In this document: positions 1-8,997 of the stretch, piece after piece
Position numbering within the stretch: the stretch's first letter is position 1
How the letters are laid out: each line of letters opens with the position of its first letter
Sequence record: OM319461.1
DNA length: 64,000 nt
Strand: one strand, 5' to 3'
The notes under the pieces: model-generated
Database searches by the model: none
What the model saw: only the letters and a program-made list of their open reading frames with translations
Told to the model about the DNA's origin: nothing
Position numbers and translations under genes: made by a program

Positions 1-334
1 CAGTAGCTTCGGCCTTCTTGCCTACTCCATCGGCTTCATCGACGGCTTTCTTTGTTGCCGCTGTACCAAAGATACGAGAAAACATGGCCTTGATCTTTTT
101 GAGGATCTCTTGGATCTTGTTTGCTATGGCCACGCCAGCACGCTTGATAAAGCTTTGCTTGCCGCCGGCTGCCATCACAAGTTCCGCAGGTACATGGCAC
201 ATAAAGCGAGCTTCGGCAGCTTCGGTTTTAGACGATGCTTCAAACACGATAGCTTCTTGCTCTGCTTTTTGCATTGCTTCTAACTCAAGCTCTAGTCGAG
301 CGATTTCGATTTGTTCTGGATAAATAAATGACAT
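1..334 (-). CDS. phiKZ-like internal head protein paralog (partial, runs off window)
   Basis: Read manually: MSFIYPEQIEIARLELELEAMQ...ARFMCHVPAELVMAAGGKQSFIKRAGVAIANKIQEILKKIKAMF, with AAGGA SD; absent from ORF track; shares VP..A..K..F.K amphipathic motif with neighbours. Confidence 0.75.
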   Translation of the reverse strand, partial: MSFIYPEQIEIARLELELEAMQKAEQEAIVFEASSKTEAAEARFMCHVPAELVMAAGGKQSFIKRAGVAIANKIQEILKKIKAMFSRIFGTAATKKAVDEADGVGKKAEAT

Positions 335-347
335 TGCTATTCCTTAC

Positions 348-2351
348 TTATTCGGCGGCCTTTAGTACACCATTCAGCGTTACAACGGTAGACCCCATCA
401 TCGCGCCAGAAATCTCTACCAGGATACGCATCAGATTAACATGGTTGCGCATGTATTCAATCATGACACTCGTTGGCTCTTCTGTCATGGCAGTGGTAGG
501 TGCCATTTGACTGTCAACTCGTGCCGATTCTTTTTCAAGTTGACGAAGGTTATCGCGGTACTTGTCAGTGAAGACAGAGATCTCTTCCAGGGCCAGTGCT
601 TTGATCACTTGAGGTGAAGCAAGCTTTGTTGCCTGGGCGCGTGTAAAAGACATCCGTAGTTTGTTTTCGCCAACAAACACCCCGTCGAAGCCAAGCTCGC
701 TGTTTTTCCATAAGCGCGCAGAGATGCCTTTAGAGGTAATTTTGATTTCTTCGAATACACCACTCAGGAGTTCTTTGATTGGTTCGAATGAAATTTCGGT
801 TGCCGTTATACCGGCTGGTATTGCAGCATAAACCTTATTGAGGACTGCAATGATCTCCTCGTTCTTCTCTGCAATGAGCAATGGATGAATATGCTCGTTT
901 GATCCGGCGATTTGTGCGATGCCCGTAATTTTAACCTCGCGGTCTTTCTTTTCTTTTTTGTCTACTTCGATCTCGGCTACTTTTTTATCGAGCTGGTCGA
1001 GTTGACGCTTGGTCTTTTCGGTGCGTTGTTTGCCAGCAATGACCTTAAAGAAATCTTTGAGTTTCTTGATGAGTGCTTCGATCTTTTGTTTGATGTAGGC
1101 ACCAGCACGCTTAATAAAGCTTTCTTTGTTTTTGGCCATTGCAACTAGATCGCCAGGTACAAAAGACATGAATTCGTTTTCTGTCAGTTGTCCAGACTCA
1201 AAGCGTTCATAAGCATCTCTGGCCGCAAGCGCTTCGTCTAGTTCAGCTTCTGCCTGTAGGAACTCAAGATCCTGCACAAAAGAAAATTCCATATTTTCAT
1301 TGGATGATTGCTTGGCTCGTTTGACTGAACTACCAAGAACACGGTAACCGCCATTGAGAGTTTCTTTGTACATTGCTACAGTAATGCCAAGAATGCGAGC
1401 AATCGCTGATTGGGTTTTTGCATTCTCTTCGTTTAGCTGTGTGTTGTATTGTGCAATTGCGCGTTGGACCTTTGGCATTGCGGCAAAGCCTTTAATGATG
1501 GTCTCTGAACCTTTTTCGAAGTCACCCTTGTCAACAGTAACACGCCCAGCCTTAACGATTGCGGCTTTCGCATTTACCATCTTCGGAGAGATACCATCAG
1601 CCATAACAACACTAAGTGCCAAACTTTGATCTTTAGTAAAACCAAATGACATTGCACGATTGTCTGTTGTGGCACCAAATCCATAAAGATCCGTAAGAAT
1701 TTTTCCTAGGTCTTTGGCGTAGTTAGTGTTATCTAGCTTGCCGAGCGATGACAACGCACGCGGCAGGTTATTGATAGAATCCAGTGTAGCTTCCAGTGTA
1801 GCAGCTATTTGTTTTGAATTCATAAAATCAACAGTTGCAGAACGTCCACCAGAACGATCAGTAGCAAAAGCATGATGTGATTTGTTTAATGGGACAACGC
1901 CAGTAAAGTACGTACCATTAGCCACGCCTTTGCGTGCTGACTCTAGACGGAGTTGTTTGACTCGGCTATCGCCAACAAACTTGGTCAGTACATTTGTAAT
2001 CGCGGCCTTAACTTTGGCAATGGCTTGTTTGATCTTAACCGCGGCCTTTTCTTTGAAGCCAGCGGCACCGCCTGCTTTTAAAACGATCGACTCTGGAACA
2101 GAAGCATAGAAGCGAGTCTCGGCAATCTTATGGCTCTCTTCGTCCCCGGTATGCGATAGAAAGACCTCGACAGCATCAAAGGCGGCTTCCAGGGTATTGA
2201 GTTCTGTTAGTGCGGCGAATAGGGCTAGAGATTCGACATCTTCCGTAACTGGTTCATCAGGAAGAATAATCGATATCCCAGGGACTTCTTCGTCTTCTTC
2301 TTGTGGCAGTACGTCTGCTTCGAATAGCTCTTTTAAAGTAATCTTTTTCAT
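348..2351 (-). CDS. phiKZ-like internal head protein, two fused paralog units (667 aa)
   Basis: Acidic N-terminal propeptide plus motif twice: RFYASVPESIVLKAGGAAGFKEK and EFMSFVPGDLVAMAKNKESFIKR. Confidence 0.7.
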   Translation of the reverse strand: MKKITLKELFEADVLPQEEDEEVPGISIILPDEPVTEDVESLALFAALTELNTLEAAFDAVEVFLSHTGDEESHKIAETRFYASVPESIVLKAGGAAGFKEKAAVKIKQAIAKVKAAITNVLTKFVGDSRVKQLRLESARKGVANGTYFTGVVPLNKSHHAFATDRSGGRSATVDFMNSKQIAATLEATLDSINNLPRALSSLGKLDNTNYAKDLGKILTDLYGFGATTDNRAMSFGFTKDQSLALSVVMADGISPKMVNAKAAIVKAGRVTVDKGDFEKGSETIIKGFAAMPKVQRAIAQYNTQLNEENAKTQSAIARILGITVAMYKETLNGGYRVLGSSVKRAKQSSNENMEFSFVQDLEFLQAEAELDEALAARDAYERFESGQLTENEFMSFVPGDLVAMAKNKESFIKRAGAYIKQKIEALIKKLKDFFKVIAGKQRTEKTKRQLDQLDKKVAEIEVDKKEKKDREVKITGIAQIAGSNEHIHPLLIAEKNEEIIAVLNKVYAAIPAGITATEISFEPIKELLSGVFEEIKITSKGISARLWKNSELGFDGVFVGENKLRMSFTRAQATKLASPQVIKALALEEISVFTDKYRDNLRQLEKESARVDSQMAPTTAMTEEPTSVMIEYMRNHVNLMRILVEISGAMMGSTVVTLNGVLKAAE

Positions 2352-2374
2352 TTGATTTTTGTCCGATAGAAATA

Positions 2375-2397
2375 ACAGGGGGAGTTTAACCCCCTGT
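2375..2397 (-). terminator. hairpin/weak terminator within head cluster
   Basis: ACAGGGGG...CCCCCTGT stem, short U tract on minus. Confidence 0.5.
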
Positions 2398-2402
2398 GTT
2401 AT

Positions 2403-3518
2403 TTACTTCTTCTTCTCAGTACCAGTACTTACCATTAGGGCAGCCGCACCCAAGAAGCGTAACTGTAGCTGGATCATCTTGTCGACGCCGCTGATAAGCT
2501 GCATCACCCACTTCGTATCCAGACCGTCAGTCGAGGTGCTTTCGTCCTCGGCCCACTTGTCGATCTCGAGATTGGTTTTATCTAGTGCCAACCAAGAACG
2601 ACCAATGGCTTCTGCCATGCTCGCAACTTCCGATTCTTTTCCTGTTAGGACAATGCCTTTGGACTTCTCTTCTGGGCGAGATACCATCGTAGTAGGAAGT
2701 ATTATCGTCTTGCTCTCTGTAACAATAGCACAGCCATTGTCAACCAAATAAGCATAATAGACATCTGTGTGAGTTTCACTATCAATCGTTTGTGTTTTAC
2801 TAGAAATCTTGCTCATTTCTTCTAGCCAAACTTTACCAAGTTGTTTAGCTGCCAGTGAGTCGTTTAAGCCGTCGACTGAAACCTTGCTGTAGTTTGCCGC
2901 TAGCCCAGGGATCGCATTCACTGTCGCGGCTATGTCCGCGAGAGGGAGGGCTTCTCGCGCAACGCGCTTGACCTTGTAGTCTTTTACATCAAAGCCACCT
3001 AGATTATAAAGAGGTGCGAGTTTATCGGAAGGCTTCACTTCCTTACAAACAAGATCTCCGTTGCGCAAACCAACTGCAACTGTCATCATTTGTTTGTTGA
3101 TCTTTTTGCCTTTAGCACGGAAGCGCTTAACGATACCAGAAATAGCTGCTTTGATTTTAGCAATCAACTTCGCAATGCGGTCTTTAACTCGCTTAACGAA
3201 ACCTTCTTTGCCTTCCGCTTTATTCCATACTTCTTCTGGAACAACACTGTGGAAAGCACTGCATGCAATCTGATATGCATCAGCGTCCATAGATTCGCTA
3301 TCTAGACTGGTGAAACGCTCGACTACATCTAGCGTATTTTCTAGGTTAGCGATTTCGTTTTTCGCGCCTGCAATTTCTAGAAGCTCTGGCATTTCCATGT
3401 TGCTTAGGTAAACCATGTCGGAACGAAGTTCCTCTAGGGTTGCTGTGATTTCTTCTGAGGTGTATTCAGGAGCCGCGTCAAAGTAAGACTCCATATCGAA
3501 AATGTCTTCGATTTGCAT
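2403..3518 (-). CDS. phiKZ-like internal head protein paralog (start MQIEDIF)
   Basis: Acidic N-terminus, AFHSVVPEEVWNKAEGKEGFVKRVKDRIAKLIAKIK motif; start coupled to upstream stop. Confidence 0.7.
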   Translation of the reverse strand: MQIEDIFDMESYFDAAPEYTSEEITATLEELRSDMVYLSNMEMPELLEIAGAKNEIANLENTLDVVERFTSLDSESMDADAYQIACSAFHSVVPEEVWNKAEGKEGFVKRVKDRIAKLIAKIKAAISGIVKRFRAKGKKINKQMMTVAVGLRNGDLVCKEVKPSDKLAPLYNLGGFDVKDYKVKRVAREALPLADIAATVNAIPGLAANYSKVSVDGLNDSLAAKQLGKVWLEEMSKISSKTQTIDSETHTDVYYAYLVDNGCAIVTESKTIILPTTMVSRPEEKSKGIVLTGKESEVASMAEAIGRSWLALDKTNLEIDKWAEDESTSTDGLDTKWVMQLISGVDKMIQLQLRFLGAAALMVSTGTEKKK

Positions 3519-3519
3519 T

Positions 3520-4593
3520 TTATTTACCTTCTTTCTTTTCAATGTTTTTGCCGGCATGCAGGCAAGCGCTACATAGAACTTCGGCGTGTTGAGCCAGTGA
3601 CATGTAGTAGTTAGTCAGATGCATAATTACGGCGTATGTAAAACGAGCAGATTTTTCCATGTCATCACCACCAATGGTCTTGGCAGCAGCAATGGAGCCT
3701 TCTAGTGCGCCGACATCGATGTCGCGAATTGCGACTGATGTATCGTGTGCTGCACGAAGGATTTGTTGAATGTCACTTAGTGGGTAGACCGTATGCTTTT
3801 CGTTCGATAGCTTCTTGGAAAACTCTAAATTAACCTTGCCTTCTTTACGGACTGGATCCCAGTTAAAGTAGTACTTCTGATCAGCATCTTTGTGTAGTGC
3901 ACAAAAACGACCATTGCCATTGCGAACTACAGATGGGAACGAATTGTCAAGGATGTTACCAGTAAAGATCTGGTTTAGTGCTTCTAACGGACTTTCTTTG
4001 ACGATGATGTCATAGACATCTTTTACCACGTCTGAGTTACCAAATGCTTCGATCACGGTATTGGCCTTAACAAAGTCACGACCTTCGTCAACGGATAGCA
4101 TGCGCATGTTTGACGTGAGTTTAAATTCTGTCGATGGGTCAAAAGAATTGATTTCTTCAGCAAGCTGCACTTTCTTAATTAGAGTAGACTCACGACCAGT
4201 AAAGAACAAGACAAAGCCATTGATGATTTTCTGGATTAACTTCATGATCTTTTCATAAAGCTTCTGTGAACCAGATTTAATTTTTTCTAGCAGACCTTTC
4301 TTGTCTTTGCGCATTTCCAGTGGAAGATCAGCAAAGTAAGTCTGTAGTCTTAGGTTCCAAACTTCTTTTGCTTCAATTGTCAAGGAATCGCGCAGCTCAA
4401 GATATTCAGCCAAGTCAACCTCAGCTTTTCTTAGACCACCAAGGGTGGCAAGATCGGTTTCTAATTCCATGCGTTCTTGAACGGACAATAACTCTGGAAT
4501 ATCAACAGGAGCTTGGAGTAAAGCAATGTCGGATTCTGTTAAGATGTATTCACCCTTTAGTTCTCCGGACATATAAGAATCAAAAATACTCAT
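3520..4593 (-). CDS. phiKZ-like internal head protein paralog
   Basis: Acidic N-terminus followed by GLLEKIKSGSQKLYEKIMKLIQKIINGF amphipathic helix. Confidence 0.65.
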   Translation of the reverse strand: MSIFDSYMSGELKGEYILTESDIALLQAPVDIPELLSVQERMELETDLATLGGLRKAEVDLAEYLELRDSLTIEAKEVWNLRLQTYFADLPLEMRKDKKGLLEKIKSGSQKLYEKIMKLIQKIINGFVLFFTGRESTLIKKVQLAEEINSFDPSTEFKLTSNMRMLSVDEGRDFVKANTVIEAFGNSDVVKDVYDIIVKESPLEALNQIFTGNILDNSFPSVVRNGNGRFCALHKDADQKYYFNWDPVRKEGKVNLEFSKKLSNEKHTVYPLSDIQQILRAAHDTSVAIRDIDVGALEGSIAAAKTIGGDDMEKSARFTYAVIMHLTNYYMSLAQHAEVLCSACLHAGKNIEKKEGK

Positions 4594-4603
4594 GACGCTC
4601 TCC

Positions 4604-5020
4604 TTAAATCAGACCAGCTTTGTGCGCTACGTAAAGGTTATCATAACCACGTAGATCAAGACCAGGGTTTGCCGCAGACAATGAGTTAACATAGTCAAGA
4701 GAAACCAGTTTGTTCAAACCACTGTCAGAAACAAACGCAGTGATTGTACCCATCGCCATGTCTTTGAGTAGACGTCGACCTTCTGCCTCGTCACCTGTCC
4801 AGCCGGCAACTTTTGCCATAACGACAGTAGAGCGAGGATAAAGCACGAGTTCGATGTCGACCAAGTTAACAGAAATGGTTTCGGTAAGTTTTACTGTAGC
4901 AGTGCGGCCGCTTGCTACAAATGCAGCCCAGCGTGGGCTACCTTCTTCCCCTTCAATAACATCAAGGCGAACGAATGTTTCTCCGCCGATGTCGTGAATT
5001 GGACGATTAGAATAAGCCAT
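4604..5020 (-). CDS. hypothetical protein, possibly virion-associated (start MAYSNRP)
   Basis: AAGGAG SD before ATG at 5020; first gene of head-protein run. Confidence 0.7.
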   Translation of the reverse strand: MAYSNRPIHDIGGETFVRLDVIEGEEGSPRWAAFVASGRTATVKLTETISVNLVDIELVLYPRSTVVMAKVAGWTGDEAEGRRLLKDMAMGTITAFVSDSGLNKLVSLDYVNSLSAANPGLDLRGYDNLYVAHKAGLI

Positions 5021-5096
5021 GTTTTTCTCCTTTTGAGATGGCATTGTACGTACACAAGATTTGGCAAATCGATAAAAAAGAAAAAAGAAAGAACTG

Positions 5097-5120
5097 CCTG
5101 TCGTCCCGAAGGACGACAGG
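5097..5120 (-). terminator. intrinsic terminator, C(UUCG)G loop
   Basis: CCTGTCGTCC-TTCG-GGACGACAGG then U-rich tract on minus. Confidence 0.9.
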
Positions 5121-5126
5121 TAGAAG

Positions 5127-5426
5127 TTATTTGAACAGCTTCGGATACTCGCGAACAAACTGTGCTGCTTTTTCTTTGCCGAGTACACGAGGTAGTCGTG
5201 CTTTTAGCTTTTGACGTTCTGCCTGTAGTTCTAAAGCAGACTTGTGAACTTGCGTTAGATCTGTTTTAATCGCATCCAGTTCAATGCCAACGTTGCTTAG
5301 CTCTAGCACCAGACCATCGTTGGTGATTTGAGTTTCTTTTGCTTGCGCCCAGTAGTAACGAGCAACACAACATGCAATGAGGAATGCAAATACAAGACCT
5401 GCAATAATATAAACTTGAGCTTCCAT
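5127..5426 (-). CDS. single-TM coiled-coil membrane protein
   Basis: N-terminal hydrophobic helix, heptad pattern, GGAG SD. Confidence 0.7.
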   Translation of the reverse strand: MEAQVYIIAGLVFAFLIACCVARYYWAQAKETQITNDGLVLELSNVGIELDAIKTDLTQVHKSALELQAERQKLKARLPRVLGKEKAAQFVREYPKLFK

Positions 5427-5469
5427 AATGGACTCCTAGTAATAAATAGTTAAAAGAGATTCAAACGAT

Positions 5470-5664
5470 TTAACAGAATGTGTCTATACGTTTGTGTTTC
5501 GGTTGTTTAGGCAGCGCCTGTTTGCTTGTAACAGGCGTTTGCTTTCGTGCTGGTGTGATGCGTAGGTTGGCAAGTAAAACCCCACCTACGGCAACACAGA
5601 GGATCAATAAAGAACCTATTACTAACAAATTATCCGTCCTTATTATTTCGGAATATAACGCCAC
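5470..5664 (-). CDS. small single-TM hypothetical protein
   Basis: Hydrophobic segment then basic tail; start uncertain. Confidence 0.45.
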   Translation of the reverse strand: MALYSEIIRTDNLLVIGSLLILCVAVGGVLLANLRITPARKQTPVTSKQALPKQPKHKRIDTFC

Positions 5665-6272
5665 TCTGCGGTCTCGGCACGAATAGGCATATTCGCATTG
5701 ACCAAGTTCTTGATTAAGCGGGCTAGGTTTTCAAATACAATGCGGTTATGATTGCATTGTGCTTCAAGCATTTTGCGTTTATACCATTTGCGCAGTAGCA
5801 GTATACAGCGCTCGTAACCTTCGTCGTGGTCAGTTGTCACAATACGCTTAGGAAAGATTGCTGATGGTTGAACATTAAATACATCGGCGTTTTTGTCTTG
5901 TCGGTATAGACCTTCTTTACTGCGTGTTGTCGTGCGACGGAAAGCAAACGAATCTGCTTTGTTCAGAACGATCAAATGATCTAAACGAGAAGGTACAAGG
6001 TTAAAGCGCATGATCCAACAGTTAACACGGATGTCTTTCGTACAGGTAATGTGCGAGTAGTTCAAATCAACCCATGCTTTAATGTCACTGTACTTATGCT
6101 CATGCGTTCCTTCTAACCAGCCCAGCTTCTTAATTGCTTCGGCAATGCGCATCACCAAAGGCTCGGTTTTCATTAGGTGGGCTTGAGTCTTACCAGAGTC
6201 ATTGTTAAAATAACCCTTGCGAACTTTGTTGCCCAATAGTGTTTTTGTTTCGGAGTTTCTAATTACAGACAT
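5643..6272 (-). CDS. hypothetical protein, early paralog family
   Basis: YFNNDSGKT / IKAWVDLNYSHI shared with 6282-6932. Confidence 0.75.
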   Translation of the reverse strand: MSVIRNSETKTLLGNKVRKGYFNNDSGKTQAHLMKTEPLVMRIAEAIKKLGWLEGTHEHKYSDIKAWVDLNYSHITCTKDIRVNCWIMRFNLVPSRLDHLIVLNKADSFAFRRTTTRSKEGLYRQDKNADVFNVQPSAIFPKRIVTTDHDEGYERCILLLRKWYKRKMLEAQCNHNRIVFENLARLIKNLVNANMPIRAETAEWRYIPK

Positions 6273-6281
6273 GGTGGTCTC

Positions 6282-6932
6282 CTAAAGTGCTTTTAGTTGA
6301 TGTTTGATTGCTGCGTAGCGATGAATGCGAGAAGTCCAGAATTGTTTCTTTTCTCGCAAGGCACAGAGATAGTCGATAAACTCAGTTAAGCCTTGACGGG
6401 CATGGGGAGTCAACTCCATGACAAAAAGTAGGTCTTCCAGATGACGGATAAAGTAACCCATACCATGTGCATGACATTCCCAACGATCGTCGCCGTGATA
6501 CATACTGCCAACGATGTTTGTTTTGTTTAGTCGGTAGTATCCGCGCTCATCTTTGAAAGTATATGGCGAGATGTCACCACGAGGAAAGACTTTAAGTGCT
6601 GATTCCATTGGACCATTAGGAACAAGAATAAAATCATCGAGAGAAGTGATTTCACGATCCATGCGACATGCAAGGTTAACCAATGTAACGTCCTTGCGAT
6701 TAAGATGCGGATAGTTGCGCTTAACCCAAGCCTCGATCTCGGTGCTGGTGAATACATGATGACCTTTTACAGCAACGTGCTTTGCTACGAGTTCGGCTAC
6801 ATAACCGGTTAGTCCATCGTCTTTGTATTTACGGGTTGTTTTGTCGGAGTCGTTTTGAAAGTAGATCTTTGTAAGTACGACACCGTCACGCAAATAATCG
6901 TTGTTTGCTCTGCGTCTTTTAATAGCTGCCAT
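6282..6932 (-). CDS. hypothetical protein, early paralog family
   Basis: YFQNDSDKT / IEAWVKRNYPHL. Confidence 0.75.
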   Translation of the reverse strand: MAAIKRRRANNDYLRDGVVLTKIYFQNDSDKTTRKYKDDGLTGYVAELVAKHVAVKGHHVFTSTEIEAWVKRNYPHLNRKDVTLVNLACRMDREITSLDDFILVPNGPMESALKVFPRGDISPYTFKDERGYYRLNKTNIVGSMYHGDDRWECHAHGMGYFIRHLEDLLFVMELTPHARQGLTEFIDYLCALREKKQFWTSRIHRYAAIKHQLKAL

Positions 6933-6966
6933 TTTAGCGATTTCCAAAAATAAAGATTAAGATCAA

Positions 6967-6990
6967 GCAGCCTCGCCGAAGCGAGACTGC
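6967..6990 (-). terminator. intrinsic terminator, UUCG loop
   Basis: GCAGTCTCGC-TTCG-GCGAGGCTGC then U-rich tract. Confidence 0.85.
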
Positions 6991-6999
6991 GAACAAGGA

Positions 7000-7314
7000 T
7001 TAGCCGCGCCAGTTGTTCTGAGTCACGTCTGTGTGTTTATCGATGTCTGCAATTTCAACAATCTCCCAAGTACTTGGAGAGTTAGAGTTTTCGTTTGCAC
7101 GCATTGCTAGGAAGTTCAAAGCTTCTTGGCGTGTGTATGGACCATCGATAGAAATCAAAGGAACACCAGGAATAACAGTAATCTTATCTGTTTTAGGATC
7201 ACGTGTTTCGCGAGCCTTTGTTTTCATTACAGGGCGAACTTCTGTTTGGTTGCCATTCCATTTAACGTAACGGCCAGTGTATTTGATTGCTACTAGATCT
7301 GTTGCTTTAGTCAT
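7000..7314 (-). CDS. hypothetical protein
   Basis: GGAG SD, operon-packed ORF. Confidence 0.75.
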   Translation of the reverse strand: MTKATDLVAIKYTGRYVKWNGNQTEVRPVMKTKARETRDPKTDKITVIPGVPLISIDGPYTRQEALNFLAMRANENSNSPSTWEIVEIADIDKHTDVTQNNWRG

Positions 7315-7328
7315 GGTTATTTCTCCAA

Positions 7329-8069
7329 TTATGCGAATTTATTACGCCAGTGATAAGTTGTGTTAAACCAGCCAAGTAGGCCAGTCTCGGTTGTGCATTT
7401 AGGACAGGTCTTACCGTGAATAAGTTCGGTAAGCGTCAAGTCATATTTGCCATGTTTAGAGCAACGCTTGGTTGCTAGCATTGGACCAGAGACAAGAAAC
7501 TCGAAGTTCGGATTGTCACTATGAAATTGGCCCATGTTGTTCTTGCCGACATTCTTTTCGATTTTAGAATGCCAGCTTTTGTATTTGCGATCTACAAGGT
7601 CATTGTGCAATAGTGCACAGACAGGACAAGAACACGCTACAGTTTTATTGCGCTTGATGCGATCAACAATAAAGTTAGGTTCTTGACGAAACAGACCATG
7701 TTTAGGACAGCGAAACAGTCTAGGCTGAGCCATAATGAAAGGACGATCGTCGAGGTATTCGACTTCCCATCCATGTACTCGCTGGTAAACAAGAGCAGGC
7801 GGAATCTTTGTTGCTGTTAGATTCTGACCTTGCTTTGTTGACTTGTTGCAATCCTCACAGACATGAGAAGGTTTGTCGTCCATGCTGTAAATGAGGCGCT
7901 CCATGGAAACGGTTTTGTCTCCGTGCCAACGACAAGTAACCTCGACGTTTTCGTGGCGTTTAAAGAACGTGCGCATCGAGGCTAGCTTTAGTTCTTGTCC
8001 ATAGACAATGGCCATGGCATCTTCTAAAAGATCGCGTGTCATTGTTTCTGGGAAAACAGGATGGCTCAT
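7329..8069 (-). CDS. triple CxxHG...CxxC zinc-finger protein (DUF723-like)
   Basis: CRWHG..CEDC, CPKHG..CPVC, CSKHG..CPKC repeats. Confidence 0.7.
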   Translation of the reverse strand: MSHPVFPETMTRDLLEDAMAIVYGQELKLASMRTFFKRHENVEVTCRWHGDKTVSMERLIYSMDDKPSHVCEDCNKSTKQGQNLTATKIPPALVYQRVHGWEVEYLDDRPFIMAQPRLFRCPKHGLFRQEPNFIVDRIKRNKTVACSCPVCALLHNDLVDRKYKSWHSKIEKNVGKNNMGQFHSDNPNFEFLVSGPMLATKRCSKHGKYDLTLTELIHGKTCPKCTTETGLLGWFNTTYHWRNKFA

Positions 8070-8071
8070 TG

Positions 8072-8200
8072 TTAATCCTCTTGTACAGCGTATAGAATAT
8101 CATCGTACTGAAGATCGCCGGTGATGTCATCGTAGATGCCGTCGTCTTCAAAGATGCTTGTGATATCTTGTTCTAGTTCGTAAGTAGTTTCAAAAGACAT
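8072..8200 (-). CDS. 42-aa highly acidic protein (DNA-mimic candidate)
   Basis: MSFETTYELEQDITSIFEDDGIYDDITGDLQYDDILYAVQED; AAGGAAACCACT-ATG. Confidence 0.7.
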   Translation of the reverse strand: MSFETTYELEQDITSIFEDDGIYDDITGDLQYDDILYAVQED

Positions 8201-8239
8201 AGTGGTTTCCTTTATCTTTAAGGTGGATAGATTCACATT

Positions 8240-8253
8240 GGTTATATAGAAAT
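8240..8253 (-). promoter_or_regulatory. putative early promoter
   Basis: ATTTCTATATAACC on minus; recurrent intergenic motif resembling phiKZ early TATATTAC. Confidence 0.7.
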
Positions 8254-8310
8254 ATAAACCGAATGATAACATAGATTATCGGAGACCCTCGTTAGAAGAT
8301 CTCCTGTAGT

Positions 8311-8970
8311 CTACGCTGCATTTAGTCGTTTTTGAAAATCTCGTCGTTGTAAGTATTCAGGACGAACTTGAATTGGAGAATAAGTTTGACCGCTGTCAAG
8401 CTTATCTTGGATATAGTCAACTAGCTTTAAGATGAAGTCCAAAGAAGACTGTGCAAGTGGCGTCCCACCGTGCGTGCCTTTGTTATAGATCTTCATCAAA
8501 GAGTTAACGAGTTGCTCTAGTCCATTGTGGTGAACTGCCATTGGATCCCGGCTATTGAAGTTTTCCGGAATCAACTTGGACTTCGATGCAAAGAAGTACG
8601 CATCGTCATGAAAGCATACGTACATAGGATAACCATTGTCAATATGGCGAATGTGTGAAATTGTCATTGCCAATGATTTCTCAAGGATAACGACATCTTC
8701 AACAGAGGTTAGCTGTCTTTCAAATAGACGTGCTGCATTGAGGGTCATGAATGGACCTTTACAAACATCGCGGTATTCCTCACAGCGTCGAGCCAGATCA
8801 GAAAGTTCCACGATTGTAGCTACCTCTTCAGGAACAATCGTATTTCGTAAAAGGCTGATTGCACGACGTACAGGCAAAGCATGCTCACTATGTAGTTTCT
8901 CAGTATCGTTGTGGACACGGACACGGTAGTAAGCATTATCGCCGATGTAGATTTTCATTCGTTTAGCCAT
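8311..8970 (-). CDS. hypothetical protein, distant member of early paralog family
   Basis: VHNDTEK, LTSVEDVVIL, HHNGL match motifs of 5643/6282 genes. Confidence 0.7.
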   Translation of the reverse strand: MAKRMKIYIGDNAYYRVRVHNDTEKLHSEHALPVRRAISLLRNTIVPEEVATIVELSDLARRCEEYRDVCKGPFMTLNAARLFERQLTSVEDVVILEKSLAMTISHIRHIDNGYPMYVCFHDDAYFFASKSKLIPENFNSRDPMAVHHNGLEQLVNSLMKIYNKGTHGGTPLAQSSLDFILKLVDYIQDKLDSGQTYSPIQVRPEYLQRRDFQKRLNAA

Positions 8971-8997
8971 GGTTGGTTTCTCCTAAGTTGGCTGGGA

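Noticed and set aside
18-323. Plus-strand ORF 18-323 and the many other short antisense/overlapping ORFs in the track
   Set aside because: Shadows of well-supported genes on the other strand or frame; no SD; coding is strongly strand-blocked
5127-5664. Spanin pair (i-spanin/o-spanin)
   Set aside because: The TM plus coiled-coil fits an i-spanin, but the neighbour lacks a proper lipobox and no endolysin or holin is adjacent
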